IMG/VR virus record: IMGVR_UViG_3300021368_001314
Span: 1 to 55,119 of that record
Direction: 5' to 3' (one strand)
Origin: a virus
Taxonomy: Duplodnaviria; Caudoviricetes
DNA length: 55,119 nucleotides
Below, one piece after another: positions 35,876-47,500 of this stretch. The notes under the pieces were generated by a model, which ran no database searches, was not told the origin of the DNA, and worked only from the letters and a program-made list of their open reading frames with translations. Positions within the stretch are counted from its first letter, which is position 1, and the number at the start of each line of letters is the position of its first letter. The position numbers were made by a program, and so were the translations under genes.

Positions 35876-36889
35876 ATGCTTAATTTTCCTAGAGAGATTG
35901 GGTTACGTCGTAAGATTTGTAGAACCCAAGAAGAATATGATAATTACGTTAAAAGTATTAACGGTAAATCTTCTTGTTACACATCTTTGTATAGTTTTCA
36001 ACGAGTACACCCTAACAAATCTTGGAAAGTAGATACAGAAACAGTAATCATGGATAGAGCATGGTGGGATTTTGACATTGTAGAGGGTGGTACTCTTGAT
36101 GATGTTAAGAAAGATGTAGCAGTACTATTGAATAGACTTAAGGGAGATGTAAGGTTAGTCTTTACGGGTCGAGGTTTTCATGTGCATCAGATGTTCGATA
36201 AAGATGTCATAGGTACTACCATAGCCAAGCACGTTGATAGGTACGAGAGAGAGGTCGCTAGAGGGCTAAAAACACTAGATGGTGTAGGACACCCACTAAA
36301 ACTAACACGCATACCCGACACATATAACACTACTAGGAAAAAGTGGGCTGTAAATGTAGACTTGGATGCGTTCAAAGCAGACCCTCTAGGTTATAAAATA
36401 CCGGAAAAACCTTTACCTAAACTAAAAGGCAACGACCCATTTAAGGGAAAACAAAGTGAATCTAATTTTAGTATAATAAAATGGATTGCTAATAATCCTG
36501 TTAAGGTAGAATACTTACCTGTTAGTGGTACTTTTGACGGAAATATAACTTCCGCTAGTCAGATACCTATACCACCATGTATAGATAATGCTATGAGACA
36601 CGAAAACCCTAGACACGAAGTAAGGATAGCGTTGGCTCAACATTTGTATGAGAATCTAAGGTGGTTTGCACACCCCTCTACTTTGACAGTAGAACAGAAA
36701 AACAAAATTACCGAAGAAATAATAGATTTTATTTCCACACTAGGATGGAGAGACTTCAATGAATACACAAGCAGAAAGCACGTAAGAAGTCTGCTTAACT
36801 ACGAGAGAACACCGTCTTGTTCGTGGTTACAAACAAGAGGGTTGTGTGAGGCATCCTGTTGGCGAGATGACGGTACAAGGAGAAAATAA
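35876..36889 (+). CDS. Archaeo-eukaryotic primase, PriS fused to a PriL-like C-terminal domain
   Basis: WWDFD, FTGRGFH, TRIPDT; C-terminal PPCI...PSC...GLC..SC. Confidence 0.85.
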   Translation: MLNFPREIGLRRKICRTQEEYDNYVKSINGKSSCYTSLYSFQRVHPNKSWKVDTETVIMDRAWWDFDIVEGGTLDDVKKDVAVLLNRLKGDVRLVFTGRGFHVHQMFDKDVIGTTIAKHVDRYEREVARGLKTLDGVGHPLKLTRIPDTYNTTRKKWAVNVDLDAFKADPLGYKIPEKPLPKLKGNDPFKGKQSESNFSIIKWIANNPVKVEYLPVSGTFDGNITSASQIPIPPCIDNAMRHENPRHEVRIALAQHLYENLRWFAHPSTLTVEQKNKITEEIIDFISTLGWRDFNEYTSRKHVRSLLNYERTPSCSWLQTRGLCEASCWRDDGTRRK

Positions 36890-36890
36890 T

Positions 36891-37034
36891 ATGGTATTAG
36901 ATAGACACCCAAACGCATTTTTTGGTTTACAAAACGAACCATGCAATTTCTGTAAAAGCACTTTAGGTTATCTTTACCCTAAAAATATGCCACCAGTCTG
37001 CATGAATTGTAGTATGGAAAAACAATCCTCTTAA
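36891..37034 (+). CDS. Small Zn-finger protein
   Basis: CNFC...CMNC; AGGAGA RBS. Confidence 0.45.
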   Translation: MVLDRHPNAFFGLQNEPCNFCKSTLGYLYPKNMPPVCMNCSMEKQSS

Positions 37035-37059
37035 ATACAGTAATAATACTGTAACAACT

Positions 37060-37770
37060 GTGCTTCTGATAGATGACCGAGAAAACCCGAAAGTAATTAA
37101 TAAGTTGTTAATGAGATTGGGTGAAGAAAATACCCAAGTTTTGCGTATGGCCTCATCAGATTATAGAATAGGCTCTTGGGGAATTGAGGCAAAAGAAATA
37201 AATGATTTGTATCGTAGTATTTTAGGTCTAGGTAGAAATGGTAGAACTATTGTACACCAATTAAGAGAACTACAAGAGGATTTTGATAATCCTATGTTAG
37301 TAGTCTATGGCACTAAACTAAAACCATATGTTCATAGTGCAGGTGGCAGACCGTCAGCAAAACAAATAGCAGTAGAAATGGGTAGAATGAAAAAAGTAAA
37401 CCAACAATTCAAAATGACATTTTACCAAAGATTTCCTAAAATTAAATATATGGAATTAACTACTATGGATGACTTTGTAGAATGGTTGGTAATAAACCAC
37501 ACACAAACACAAGTAAAAGAGGCTACTGGACTTAATGTTATGGAAAAAGAAATACAGACATCAGCAGAAATAAGTAACTTAGACCCAAGAGTTGCTGCTT
37601 TATCTTCCCTCAAAGGTATTACACCTCAGAATGCAGAAGATTTGCTAAAGCAGTTTGGTAGCATACCTAAATTATTGAGAACTAGAACTACGCAGAAATC
37701 TGTTATGGAAGTGAAAGGCATAGGTAGATTAAAGGCTCAAACTATATTAGGTCTTAGGGATTCTTACTGA
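37060..37770 (+). CDS. ERCC4/XPF-family structure-specific nuclease with HhH2 domain
   Basis: IDDRE, SDY, IEAKE..DL..S, C-terminal GI...A..LL..FGSI...VKGIG. Confidence 0.85.
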   Translation: MLLIDDRENPKVINKLLMRLGEENTQVLRMASSDYRIGSWGIEAKEINDLYRSILGLGRNGRTIVHQLRELQEDFDNPMLVVYGTKLKPYVHSAGGRPSAKQIAVEMGRMKKVNQQFKMTFYQRFPKIKYMELTTMDDFVEWLVINHTQTQVKEATGLNVMEKEIQTSAEISNLDPRVAALSSLKGITPQNAEDLLKQFGSIPKLLRTRTTQKSVMEVKGIGRLKAQTILGLRDSY

Positions 37771-40700
37771 ATACCAAAACCACTAGAACTACTTTTAACA
37801 GGTGCAGTAGCCCTATTTAGTTTTACGTCAAGATTCTTTAGTAATACGCTATTTCTATCTGAGTCGTCATCTCCTGTCGCAGCCTTTCTTGTTATTTTTA
37901 CCTCTAATTTATTACCGGATTCTATACCTGTCAATAATGTTTGTGGTATTAACTCTATGATTTTATTATCAGTGTTAGTTTTTATGTAACAAGTATTAGT
38001 TACGCTATTTCCTGTTTCCTTTACCGTAACAGTAGTGTATAATACTGCTGTTTTATTTAAGGTAGAATTAGTTGCGTGTGATATTTCCGCTTGCACTAGA
38101 ATAGTTTTGTCTATAACATCTACAGGTATCACAAACTCTGTTTGTAGCGTAGACTCAAAGGTCGTGGTAGTAGAAGTTTCATTCAATAAATCAACTCTAC
38201 CTTTACCCGCTAAAATATAACCGTCAGAAGTAACAGAGGCGTTACCACTTGCTGTTTGTACATCTACATCCATACCTTCTACGCCCTTCAAAATAGCAGG
38301 TACTCTAGGTGGTTTTTGTTGGCCTAAAATACTAAACTTAGAATTGTGGCTAAGATTATCATTCATCAAAGACATTTTACCTCTTAGGTTTCTATATGCA
38401 GTCTTACTCATTTTATTTATGCCTTGATTCGGGTCAAAGTCTAATCTATCAGCCGCACCTTTACTGTTATCATCTACACCACCTACCGGAAGTTGGCCTT
38501 GTTGATTAATATCTTGTGAGGGTGTCTTTAGTGGTGGCACAACAGTACTTGTTTGTTCGGGTGCAGCAGGTACATACCCTCTTGAATCTTGATTTCCTAC
38601 CTGTCTTGTTTTACCATCAGTAGGGAATAAGTAACCCATTATTCCACCGCTACTTAGAGATTCATCCCTTTCTAATTTAAAAGTTACATTTTCTTTTTTA
38701 CTAGCCGCTACATCCCAATTTACTTCTTTTATGGTTAAAGTAGTAGCCGTATCTAATCCTATACCTGCATCAGTATATGAAACAAAAGTAGCGGGAATAT
38801 AGGACAAATCATTAGTAATATTGATTCTTGGTGCATACCATTCATTTCTTTCTACTGTGAATCCACCAAACATTTCTGAGTATTCTCTACCACCTAGAGG
38901 GAAAATACTGTTAGCATTTCCTGTTGATAGAGTAATACCTTGTAAAGAGTTAGCATTCTTTAAAATATTAGTACCATCACCGCATCTATGACGTAATAAA
39001 GCACGACAATATTCTGCGTTAAAACTAACTACTATTTTTGCACTTGCTACTGCACCATAAGAGGAAGGTATATCTATTTCGTAAAAACCACTACGTTTTA
39101 CATCTTTAGAAGTTGCAGCAGATAAAGTAGGTGCTTTATCTCTATCGTCAGCAAAACTGTAATCAGCAAGATGTATAGTAAACTCGCAATCATCTACTGT
39201 AGAAGTTTGGTTTTTTATAGATATAAAAACCCTTAAAGGTTGTGAGGTAGTAGTACTTATTTTTGGCGTAAAATTAGGTATATGGACTATCTGTAATGCA
39301 TAACTAAGAGATTTAGAACCATACCAATAATAATTATCGTCCCAAGCAACATCACTAGCAGTATGTGTAAAAGCAGAATTACCATATCTATTGTATATAT
39401 CGGTAGAAGTTTTCATATTCCCATCTAATGCATTAGTCATACCGGAAAACAAAACACCGCCTGTACCTAATCTAGTCCAAGAGTTTCCTTTGTTAGTATT
39501 ACCGGAATCATAATCACCATAACCTTGTAGAGCGATTTGTGCGTCAGAAATATAACCAAATCTACCACTTTCTATCATTTTGTGTTGTACTCCACCTTCT
39601 AATATAGGAGAAGCGGTAATACTCATACGAGTTTCTTGATTTTGGTTATAAGATTGTTTTGCTATAAACTCAGCCTCTACGCTAGAAGTAACATTAGGGT
39701 ATTCTAAAACCTTCCAACGGCTAGTATCTGTAAGATTTGTGGCCGGATAATCTACGAAAGCCTGTGAATTATTGTAGTAAACACGAACATTCGTTATTTG
39801 ACCTGCTACATCTGTTCTTAGATTAGATATTTTTAGGTTTTCTCTAGTCAAAACTAAACCACTATTATATTTAGGTCTATACTCAAATCTACCATCTCTA
39901 CCCATGAGGTAAGAAAAGGTTGTTTTAAGCCCGTTTGTTGTGCCGAAGCCACTCTTAGACCTAATATCATTTATCGTGGCTAGAATCGTCTTAGTACGGC
40001 TATCTACGGTACTTCCGTAAGTATCGTTGTTGTTAGTAGTACCGTCAGTAGTCATATTGGAAGTTATAGGTATATTATTTATGTCAAAAGCACATGATAA
40101 TCTAGTTTTAGGCAACCAAGAATCCATGATAGCAGCAGACCATAGTAATCTAAACTTATCACTATCATAAAAACTACCACTATTCTCGCTTTTCACATCC
40201 CCTTTTACATTCATAACAAGTCTTAACATAAAATCACTATTAACAGTAGTATGAACTGCTATTGAAGATGCATCTATCGTGCTACCTGCTATTCTTATAG
40301 TTGTTTTTACCCCTAAATTATTGTAGTTATTCATCCAACTACTTACATAATCATTCCACAAATATTCTTCTAATGCAAAGGGTGTATCTTTCAAAGAGTC
40401 GGTAATACTTGTAGCAGATGTTAGATATACATTACTTAGTTGTACCGGAATTGTATAATCATCTGTATTAGAAGAGTCGGAAGTCCATGTGCCACTAACA
40501 ATTATTGTATCTTCGTCTACTACCGATAATACATTGTGTCTTGTGGTGTTTGTAGTATTTTTTATAACCATACCGTTAGTAACCCCTTTTGTTACAAAGG
40601 TTTCTCCGGTCTTGGTAAGAGTTGTATTAGGTATAGGGTAACTAGAACTGTCCGAAGAATCTACTGCTATCGCTGTGTTTTCTACTGCTGTGCCTAGTTT

Positions 40701-43700
40701 ACCAGTCCAACAGAAATAAAACTCTTGAGTATCATCCGAACCTTCTAAATCTGCTGATATTAATCCTGTGCCTCTATCTGAAAAATTAGATACATCTTCG
40801 ACAGGTATTCCGGCATCACCAGTAAATAACCCCTCATCTGCAAATGTAGCGTCAGATAACAACCTTCTTTCATTAGGGTGTGCAGTATAAGGAGAAGCAG
40901 TAGTTTTGTAAGATGAAATTGCTTCTGCATAGTAGTTATCTATCAAAGCAGGGAATCCATGTACCGTTGCTACATAATCTCCTAAGTCGCTGCTACCACC
41001 GGAGATTTGACCCGATTGCCCTTTGTTCGCTAAAGTATTAAGGTTAAAGAAAGGTGACGAATCTATAACTAAAAATGCACCTGCTTTATCTTCCCAGTCG
41101 TGATATTTAGTATCTGTTTCTGATTCTGAGGCTGCTGCGGGTGCAATCATAACGCTACCTACTACTGCGTTAGTATTAGTACCTGCTGTAACCCCTTCTA
41201 AAGTAATAGTACTTGAGCCACTAATAGACGCTATTTTGTATGTTCCGTTGTAGTGTAGACTATTGTATATTGTAGCGTAAGAACCTACTGTGTACCTAGA
41301 TTCAGTAGAGCCACTAACTACTAATTGGTTTGACCCATATGTAATAGTTACTTCTTCCCCTAAAGAATAATCGGGAGTCTTAGAAAATGCAGCACCACTA
41401 ACGGGTTCATTTGTAGCATCTACATTCCATATATCTATATCCTCTCCTACCTTCAAAGATGCAAACTTATCTATGTTACCGTCTGTATCTGTTTGGTCTA
41501 CATAATACAGAGATACATCGTAGTTTTCAGACGTAGGATAATTCAAACCAAAATCTTGTTTTCTAAAACTACCATCTGCATCGGCTTTACCATTATTTCT
41601 CATATCAGACCAAAGCAACCAAAGATGTTTGTAGTCATCCGATATGTCTAATATATTTACCATAGACCAAAGATGTGAACCAAAAGCCGAAGGGTCAAGA
41701 TATGTAAAAGATTGACTTATATATTTACATCCAACAAGATAATAATTACCACCACTAGATAAAATACCTTGATAAATAAACTTAGTTATATTACCATTAT
41801 TGGGGTCTTTTATTTCTGCTACGCCACTTTTGTAATTACTTAACGCACTATAAAGAGTAGAAGTTATTTGTACTGTGGTAGCACTAATAGCAACATTAGC
41901 CTGTATAGCACAACTACCTATTACGTTTTCTTTTATGATACCGTAATGATATTTAAACCAAAGAGAATTAGGTAAATCTCTCATCCATCTAGCGTGTAAA
42001 ACTCTATTTTCGGCAGCCGTGAAAGCCGAAGGAGCAGGTGTAAGTACGCCTCTATCGCTAGTCCATTCTTTTCTATCGTTACCTGTCTTAAGTCCTGTGT
42101 TACTTGTGTATGTACCGAACTCACTTGCGGATGTATATGTTGTTGTTGTAGTTACACACCAAATATATGTACTACTTAAAGTAGAAGCATCATAGTAGTT
42201 CAAAGTTTTTTTAGTAGATGCGACAACGTGCCTACCACTTTGTGTATTCTCTGCTGCACCACCAATTGTTAATCTATTGACATAAAATACATCTCCCGAA
42301 GATAGTGCGGGGTCAGCATCAAAGAAAAATGTAACATATTCTGATGTTGGGTCAGTAGATTGTGGGTACTGCGTAGCCACTAATATTTGCCAGTTACCAT
42401 ATTCTGTTATATTATCAGCAATAGTAGTGTCAAAATCTACGCCTGTGTATTTACCTGCGTAAACTATACTTCCGCTTCCTATTTGACTAGCACCGAAAGG
42501 CAAATCACTTTGTGAAAAACTTAGTGTGGTTGCCTGTGCGTCTACTGGATTTATACTACTTGCGTTAAAATTATCTGAGCCACTTATAGTTATACTACTA
42601 CTTGTAGTATATCCATGACCCGAAGGTACTTCAATAGTAGTTCTCTTAGTGCCAGTAACTAAAGTTTCGTGAAAAGTATCTGGGTTTATACCGTCGTATT
42701 CATCTTCCAAATTATTTGGCCCAGTAGTAGATTCATTGTTGTACATCTGTATAGGATGACCCGAACCCAACTGCATTCTTTGATTAGATGTTTCTTCGTA
42801 AGAATCGTCTACGTCAAACCCTATATTACCACTTAATACTTTTAGCGGTAAAGTACCTAGATTCATAATACTCTTAAAGCCCTGTGCGTCATAAAGCCAA
42901 TATTCTGTAACCGCATTTTCTGAATCATTTATACCCTTCTGTCCTATTTCCCAAAGAGGTACTTGTCTATCTAGTAAGTTGATATTGTCGGTAGCAGAAA
43001 AATCTATTGTTCTGTTTCTACCTTTTTGGTTAATACTCATTGTATTTATTACACCTCTCCAAACTGGTCTATCTATTCTAGCGTTTGCACCTGCGAAAAC
43101 TAACAAAGACCAATCAACAGGCGTAGAAGAAGAGAATATACTTTTAAGGTTTAACAAATAATCTTGTTTTCTCATACCTAAGTTTAGATTATCTGTCCCA
43201 CCACTTTCATAACTAGGCATATCGTTGATTTCTAAACTAGCAGAAGAAAAACCATTTACGGGATAAGTAATTTTTAGAGACTGTATAGGTGTCTCATAAC
43301 TAGCATAATCTTCTGCATCTGTAAGATACCTAACTAGACCTACTCTATCTACCATAAGTGTTGTAGAAGTACTACTACCGGATTTAGGTAGAAGTGTCAA
43401 TTGAAAACCATACATATTTTCTGCTGTTCTTGTTTCATCAAACGCTGCACCCGTAACCTTTTTTTCTCCGTTAATATATACGTCATAAGTTTGTGCTGTG
43501 TAATCCATAACAAAATCAAAATCTATCCATGTATTATCATTAATAACATTTTGTGCTGTGTCATTACCTATGTATTCAAATCCTAAAGCATCATATTCTA
43601 TTGTACTACCGCTATCTAAATCAATAGTTTTGCTTATTGCAGGGTTATTACTAAAACCGGAAGAAATACTGCTAGTAGGAAAATCAGTAGATTCAAAACC

Positions 43701-44582
43701 TAATTCAAAAAGTAGATTTAAGTCAATTTTACCATTGTTAGCAGTAGCACCGTTAAATGCTCTTGCTGCTATTCTTGCGGTAAAAGTATCTCCATCTAAT
43801 TTACTATTCAAAGAACCTCTATAAATTAAAGTAGGTTTTCCGCTACTACTGTTGTATGCAGAGCGATAAGTTTGTATAGCCAAAAAGGGTTGTCCCGATG
43901 GAGATGTAACAGGAGCAAAAAGATTTTGTGGTGTAGTACTTGTTGCATCCCATGTACCGGATTCTCCTAGTGTTTCTCCCATCCAAGTACCGACTAAATG
44001 CGCTCTTTGCATAAAATCTCCACTAGCGACTATTTCACCTGCTACCTTATCAACATAATTAGTAGTACCACCGGAATTGTAAAATGATTTCATGGCTGTT
44101 CTTCCAAGTGTAGAATCGTTATCGCCTGTACCTACATAGTATTTACCTAACGTATCGTACCCGTTAGTAAACAAAAGATAATCTTCTGATGATACAGCAT
44201 TAAACTTATATCTATTTGCTACGTGTCCGTCGGGATATTGTAGTTGCGCTCTACCTTCCCACTTCTCCGGTTTTTGTCTTGAAGAATCATAAGACAACCA
44301 CTCAAACAAACCTTTGTTGCTAAGATACTGATTGCTAGTAGTACTTAAAAAATTACTGCCGTAACTACCTAGTCTATTTCTATCTGCTATACTAAATCTG
44401 TATCTAGGATTTAAAGTAGCCTCTCCGTTCATAGGATTTCCAAAATGACTAGATGTTATACTATAATCGCTTGTTGCACTAGGTGAATTGTTATCATCGG
44501 CTATAGCCCTAGCACTATTAAAGTCATCGTAGTAACCCGCAAGCCATACACCATAAATACTAGATACTTTCCTTACCACCAA
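37764..44582 (-). CDS. Large tail-tip / baseplate-hub / adhesin protein (2272 aa)
   Basis: Follows the tape measure; S/T/G/D-rich beta content, lectin-like segment (YDVYINGE), hub-like WRGVI...FSATD and YLMGRDGRFEYRP...ITNVRVY. Confidence 0.7.
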   Translation of the reverse strand: MVVRKVSSIYGVWLAGYYDDFNSARAIADDNNSPSATSDYSITSSHFGNPMNGEATLNPRYRFSIADRNRLGSYGSNFLSTTSNQYLSNKGLFEWLSYDSSRQKPEKWEGRAQLQYPDGHVANRYKFNAVSSEDYLLFTNGYDTLGKYYVGTGDNDSTLGRTAMKSFYNSGGTTNYVDKVAGEIVASGDFMQRAHLVGTWMGETLGESGTWDATSTTPQNLFAPVTSPSGQPFLAIQTYRSAYNSSSGKPTLIYRGSLNSKLDGDTFTARIAARAFNGATANNGKIDLNLLFELGFESTDFPTSSISSGFSNNPAISKTIDLDSGSTIEYDALGFEYIGNDTAQNVINDNTWIDFDFVMDYTAQTYDVYINGEKKVTGAAFDETRTAENMYGFQLTLLPKSGSSTSTTLMVDRVGLVRYLTDAEDYASYETPIQSLKITYPVNGFSSASLEINDMPSYESGGTDNLNLGMRKQDYLLNLKSIFSSSTPVDWSLLVFAGANARIDRPVWRGVINTMSINQKGRNRTIDFSATDNINLLDRQVPLWEIGQKGINDSENAVTEYWLYDAQGFKSIMNLGTLPLKVLSGNIGFDVDDSYEETSNQRMQLGSGHPIQMYNNESTTGPNNLEDEYDGINPDTFHETLVTGTKRTTIEVPSGHGYTTSSSITISGSDNFNASSINPVDAQATTLSFSQSDLPFGASQIGSGSIVYAGKYTGVDFDTTIADNITEYGNWQILVATQYPQSTDPTSEYVTFFFDADPALSSGDVFYVNRLTIGGAAENTQSGRHVVASTKKTLNYYDASTLSSTYIWCVTTTTTYTSASEFGTYTSNTGLKTGNDRKEWTSDRGVLTPAPSAFTAAENRVLHARWMRDLPNSLWFKYHYGIIKENVIGSCAIQANVAISATTVQITSTLYSALSNYKSGVAEIKDPNNGNITKFIYQGILSSGGNYYLVGCKYISQSFTYLDPSAFGSHLWSMVNILDISDDYKHLWLLWSDMRNNGKADADGSFRKQDFGLNYPTSENYDVSLYYVDQTDTDGNIDKFASLKVGEDIDIWNVDATNEPVSGAAFSKTPDYSLGEEVTITYGSNQLVVSGSTESRYTVGSYATIYNSLHYNGTYKIASISGSSTITLEGVTAGTNTNAVVGSVMIAPAAASESETDTKYHDWEDKAGAFLVIDSSPFFNLNTLANKGQSGQISGGSSDLGDYVATVHGFPALIDNYYAEAISSYKTTASPYTAHPNERRLLSDATFADEGLFTGDAGIPVEDVSNFSDRGTGLISADLEGSDDTQEFYFCWTGKLGTAVENTAIAVDSSDSSSYPIPNTTLTKTGETFVTKGVTNGMVIKNTTNTTRHNVLSVVDEDTIIVSGTWTSDSSNTDDYTIPVQLSNVYLTSATSITDSLKDTPFALEEYLWNDYVSSWMNNYNNLGVKTTIRIAGSTIDASSIAVHTTVNSDFMLRLVMNVKGDVKSENSGSFYDSDKFRLLWSAAIMDSWLPKTRLSCAFDINNIPITSNMTTDGTTNNNDTYGSTVDSRTKTILATINDIRSKSGFGTTNGLKTTFSYLMGRDGRFEYRPKYNSGLVLTRENLKISNLRTDVAGQITNVRVYYNNSQAFVDYPATNLTDTSRWKVLEYPNVTSSVEAEFIAKQSYNQNQETRMSITASPILEGGVQHKMIESGRFGYISDAQIALQGYGDYDSGNTNKGNSWTRLGTGGVLFSGMTNALDGNMKTSTDIYNRYGNSAFTHTASDVAWDDNYYWYGSKSLSYALQIVHIPNFTPKISTTTSQPLRVFISIKNQTSTVDDCEFTIHLADYSFADDRDKAPTLSAATSKDVKRSGFYEIDIPSSYGAVASAKIVVSFNAEYCRALLRHRCGDGTNILKNANSLQGITLSTGNANSIFPLGGREYSEMFGGFTVERNEWYAPRINITNDLSYIPATFVSYTDAGIGLDTATTLTIKEVNWDVAASKKENVTFKLERDESLSSGGIMGYLFPTDGKTRQVGNQDSRGYVPAAPEQTSTVVPPLKTPSQDINQQGQLPVGGVDDNSKGAADRLDFDPNQGINKMSKTAYRNLRGKMSLMNDNLSHNSKFSILGQQKPPRVPAILKGVEGMDVDVQTASGNASVTSDGYILAGKGRVDLLNETSTTTTFESTLQTEFVIPVDVIDKTILVQAEISHATNSTLNKTAVLYTTVTVKETGNSVTNTCYIKTNTDNKIIELIPQTLLTGIESGNKLEVKITRKAATGDDDSDRNSVLLKNLDVKLNRATAPVKSSSSGFGIQ

Positions 44583-44588
44583 ATCACC

Positions 44589-47500
44589 TCAAGAACTGCT
44601 AAGGCTCATTCCTCTTAGACCTGCCCCTCTTTCTATTTCATCTAATATTTGATTTGCTGCTTCGGTAGTAGTCATACCATTAAATGTATTAGTCATAATT
44701 ACTTCTGTGGTAGTTATAAGAGTTTCCACTCCTTGTTGTACTACTTGCTTAACTAGATTTCCGGTTAAATTATTAGAGGAAAAACCGTAGAATAATTCTT
44801 CTCTAGCATTGGAAAACTCATGTAGTGCGTCAGACGCTTCGGTATAACCATCTACTACCATACCTATTGCATCTCTTTCTGCCGTACTAAGTATTTCTAA
44901 ACCGGACTTAACACCATCTATAAACGCTTCCCAATCTTCTAAACTTTCTATTCCTCTTTCTTGCATTAAAGAATATATTACTTCGTTTTCTTTAGCGAAA
45001 TCTGCAAGGTCTTTTTCTGCATCTTTTATTTGTTTACCAAAAGATTCTCCAAAGGGTAAATCGCTTTTTATTCTTGCAGCCATTTGTTCATAACCTTTTA
45101 GTGAAATACCCGTACCGTTTTTACCATATTTATCAAATAGACTATCTAATTCATTATTCAACGCAAAATATTCATCTATTATTGTAGAGTCAAAAGTACC
45201 TGCCTGTTGTTGTGCTATAATTGATTGTGCCTTTTTAATATCTAAAAGGCTTTGTTCCAAACCTAATTCTGTATGTAGTTGTTCAATTCTTGCTTTAGTT
45301 ACTGTATCTTCAAACTTAGATAAAGTTTCTACTTCTGCTTTCTTTTCTTTTATAGAAGTTGTAAGACTATCAATAGTGTGTGATTCGTCTTTTATCAAAT
45401 CCATTAATTCTCCTGTACTTGCTTTGTATTTATCAATAGATTCTAAGTCGCTATCGAAATCTAAATTACTTGTATCTCCCATAATACCTAAAAACTCTAA
45501 AGCCTCAACAACAGCCATAGCCGCCAAACCTAAAGCCAAATACTGAGGTACTGCTGCCATAACAGCCCTACTAGATGCTACGATTGATTTTGCGGCTACT
45601 TTTGCCGATGCACCCACAGCCGCAAAAGAAAATGCTTGGCCTTGATTTGCTTTGATATTTACAGCAGTATTAACAGTATCTTTTTTAGTAGCCTCGCTCT
45701 TTAATCTCATAGCGTTTAATTGCATTACCATAGCAGCAGTATTTAATACTATACCTATTCTCATACTTTTTTGTCCTTTACCAAACAACATAAAACCTGT
45801 ACCTACCGCACCCATTTTCATAGTAAGATTATTCATAGCACCTGCTTGTGCCGCAGTATCAGCAAGCATTTGTTTTCTGTTTTGCTCTCTTTCTATATCA
45901 ACTGCTAGATTATGGCTACCTATTTTTGCCGTGAGTTCATCATATTCTGCACCTACTATCTGTAATACTTGTGCTGTGTTAAGTTGTTTTCTTGTATTAA
46001 AATCTATGGCTTGATTATTTCTTGCCAAAGCCCTTGATTCTCCATCAAGGGTTTTAATCTTTTTTTCTAGTTTTGCATCAGCATCTAAAAGAATACTAGA
46101 TTTTTTGGTTACGTTTTTTCTAGCCTGTTCCTGTCTTAATTTTTTATTAATTAATAATTGTTCCTTTGCTAAATTAATCTCTTGTTTTTTTCCTAATATT
46201 TCTTGTTCTGTTGTATAAATTGATTTAATGTCTGCCATAGTTTTATCAACAATGGCTTGCTCTAATTTTTCAGTTTCAAAAGTCTGCATTTTTAGTTGGT
46301 CGGTTATATTCTGTACACTAGCAGCGTGGTGCATCATTTGTGCTGTACCTGTGGAATATGCTGCGGCTTTGTTACCGTAGGCATCTTGGTTAATTAATTC
46401 ATCACCGGACAAAGCCCTAACAACTGATTGGTATGTTCCCATAGCAACAGTAAGCATTTGTAGATTTACCATAGTATTAAACATTGGTCCTATTGCGTTA
46501 GTAAATGTTTGACCGAAACTAGCCATTTTACCTACTACCTGTCCTACGCCACCACTACCTAAGAACATAGCGATTTCTGCATTCAAATCCGCTTGTCTGT
46601 TCGTTGCTTCTGTTAAAGCAGGTATTAGTGCGTTACCGATAGCACCGGACATATTTTTAAGTCTTGCTTCTGCCTTTTCTAATTGGAATAAATCTGTTTG
46701 TCTCCTTCTATTTATTTCCTCTAAAGCCGGAGATAATCTCATGGTCGCTTCAAACTCTAACTCTAAAGCCCTGTTATAGTTTTCGCTTAACTTTAGGAAT
46801 CTTGTATAGTGCCTGTTACCTGCTACTTTTTGAGCCAAAGCAGTCTTTTCTGAATCTTCTAAAGTGCCGTATATTTTGTGTAAATCGCCCAGTATTTCTG
46901 AAAGACTTCTTAGGTTTTCCTCTTCATCATGTGTAGCGATACCTAATTCGTGGAATGCGTCTGCTGCTCCGCTTGTATTAGCACCTAACCTAGCATATAT
47001 CATACGCAAGGCTCTACCACCCTTACCTTGTTCCTCACCCGCTTCGATAAGAACAGCAGACTGAGCCGCCATAGCCGCTATACTTTCACCTGTAATGTGA
47101 GCCTGTGAAGCGAACTGATTCATAACATAAGTAATCTGTTCCATAGTAGAAGCAGACCTGTTCTCAATTGTGTTAAGTTGGTCTAGTACCCTAATAGAGT
47201 TTTCTCTAATAGAATCTATTCTTTGTTGTTCGGTAGCATTTTCCATTATACCTTCGGTCATAAACTTAGTCTGTTGTTGTAAGTTAATCATACGCTGCAT
47301 GGCCGCTTCTGTTTCCATGTTGCTTATCATACCGAATTGCATACCTACTTCTGTACCTACACCCATTGAACCTTGACCTAAAACACCTGTTAGTTGTGCC
47401 ATTCTTGCGGCTGCTTGGAATGATTGGTCGGCTGAAAACCCAAAGTCTAAACCTGTTGCTTGTATTTCGTTTTGTACTTTAGCAGTATCTTCTGTTACAT

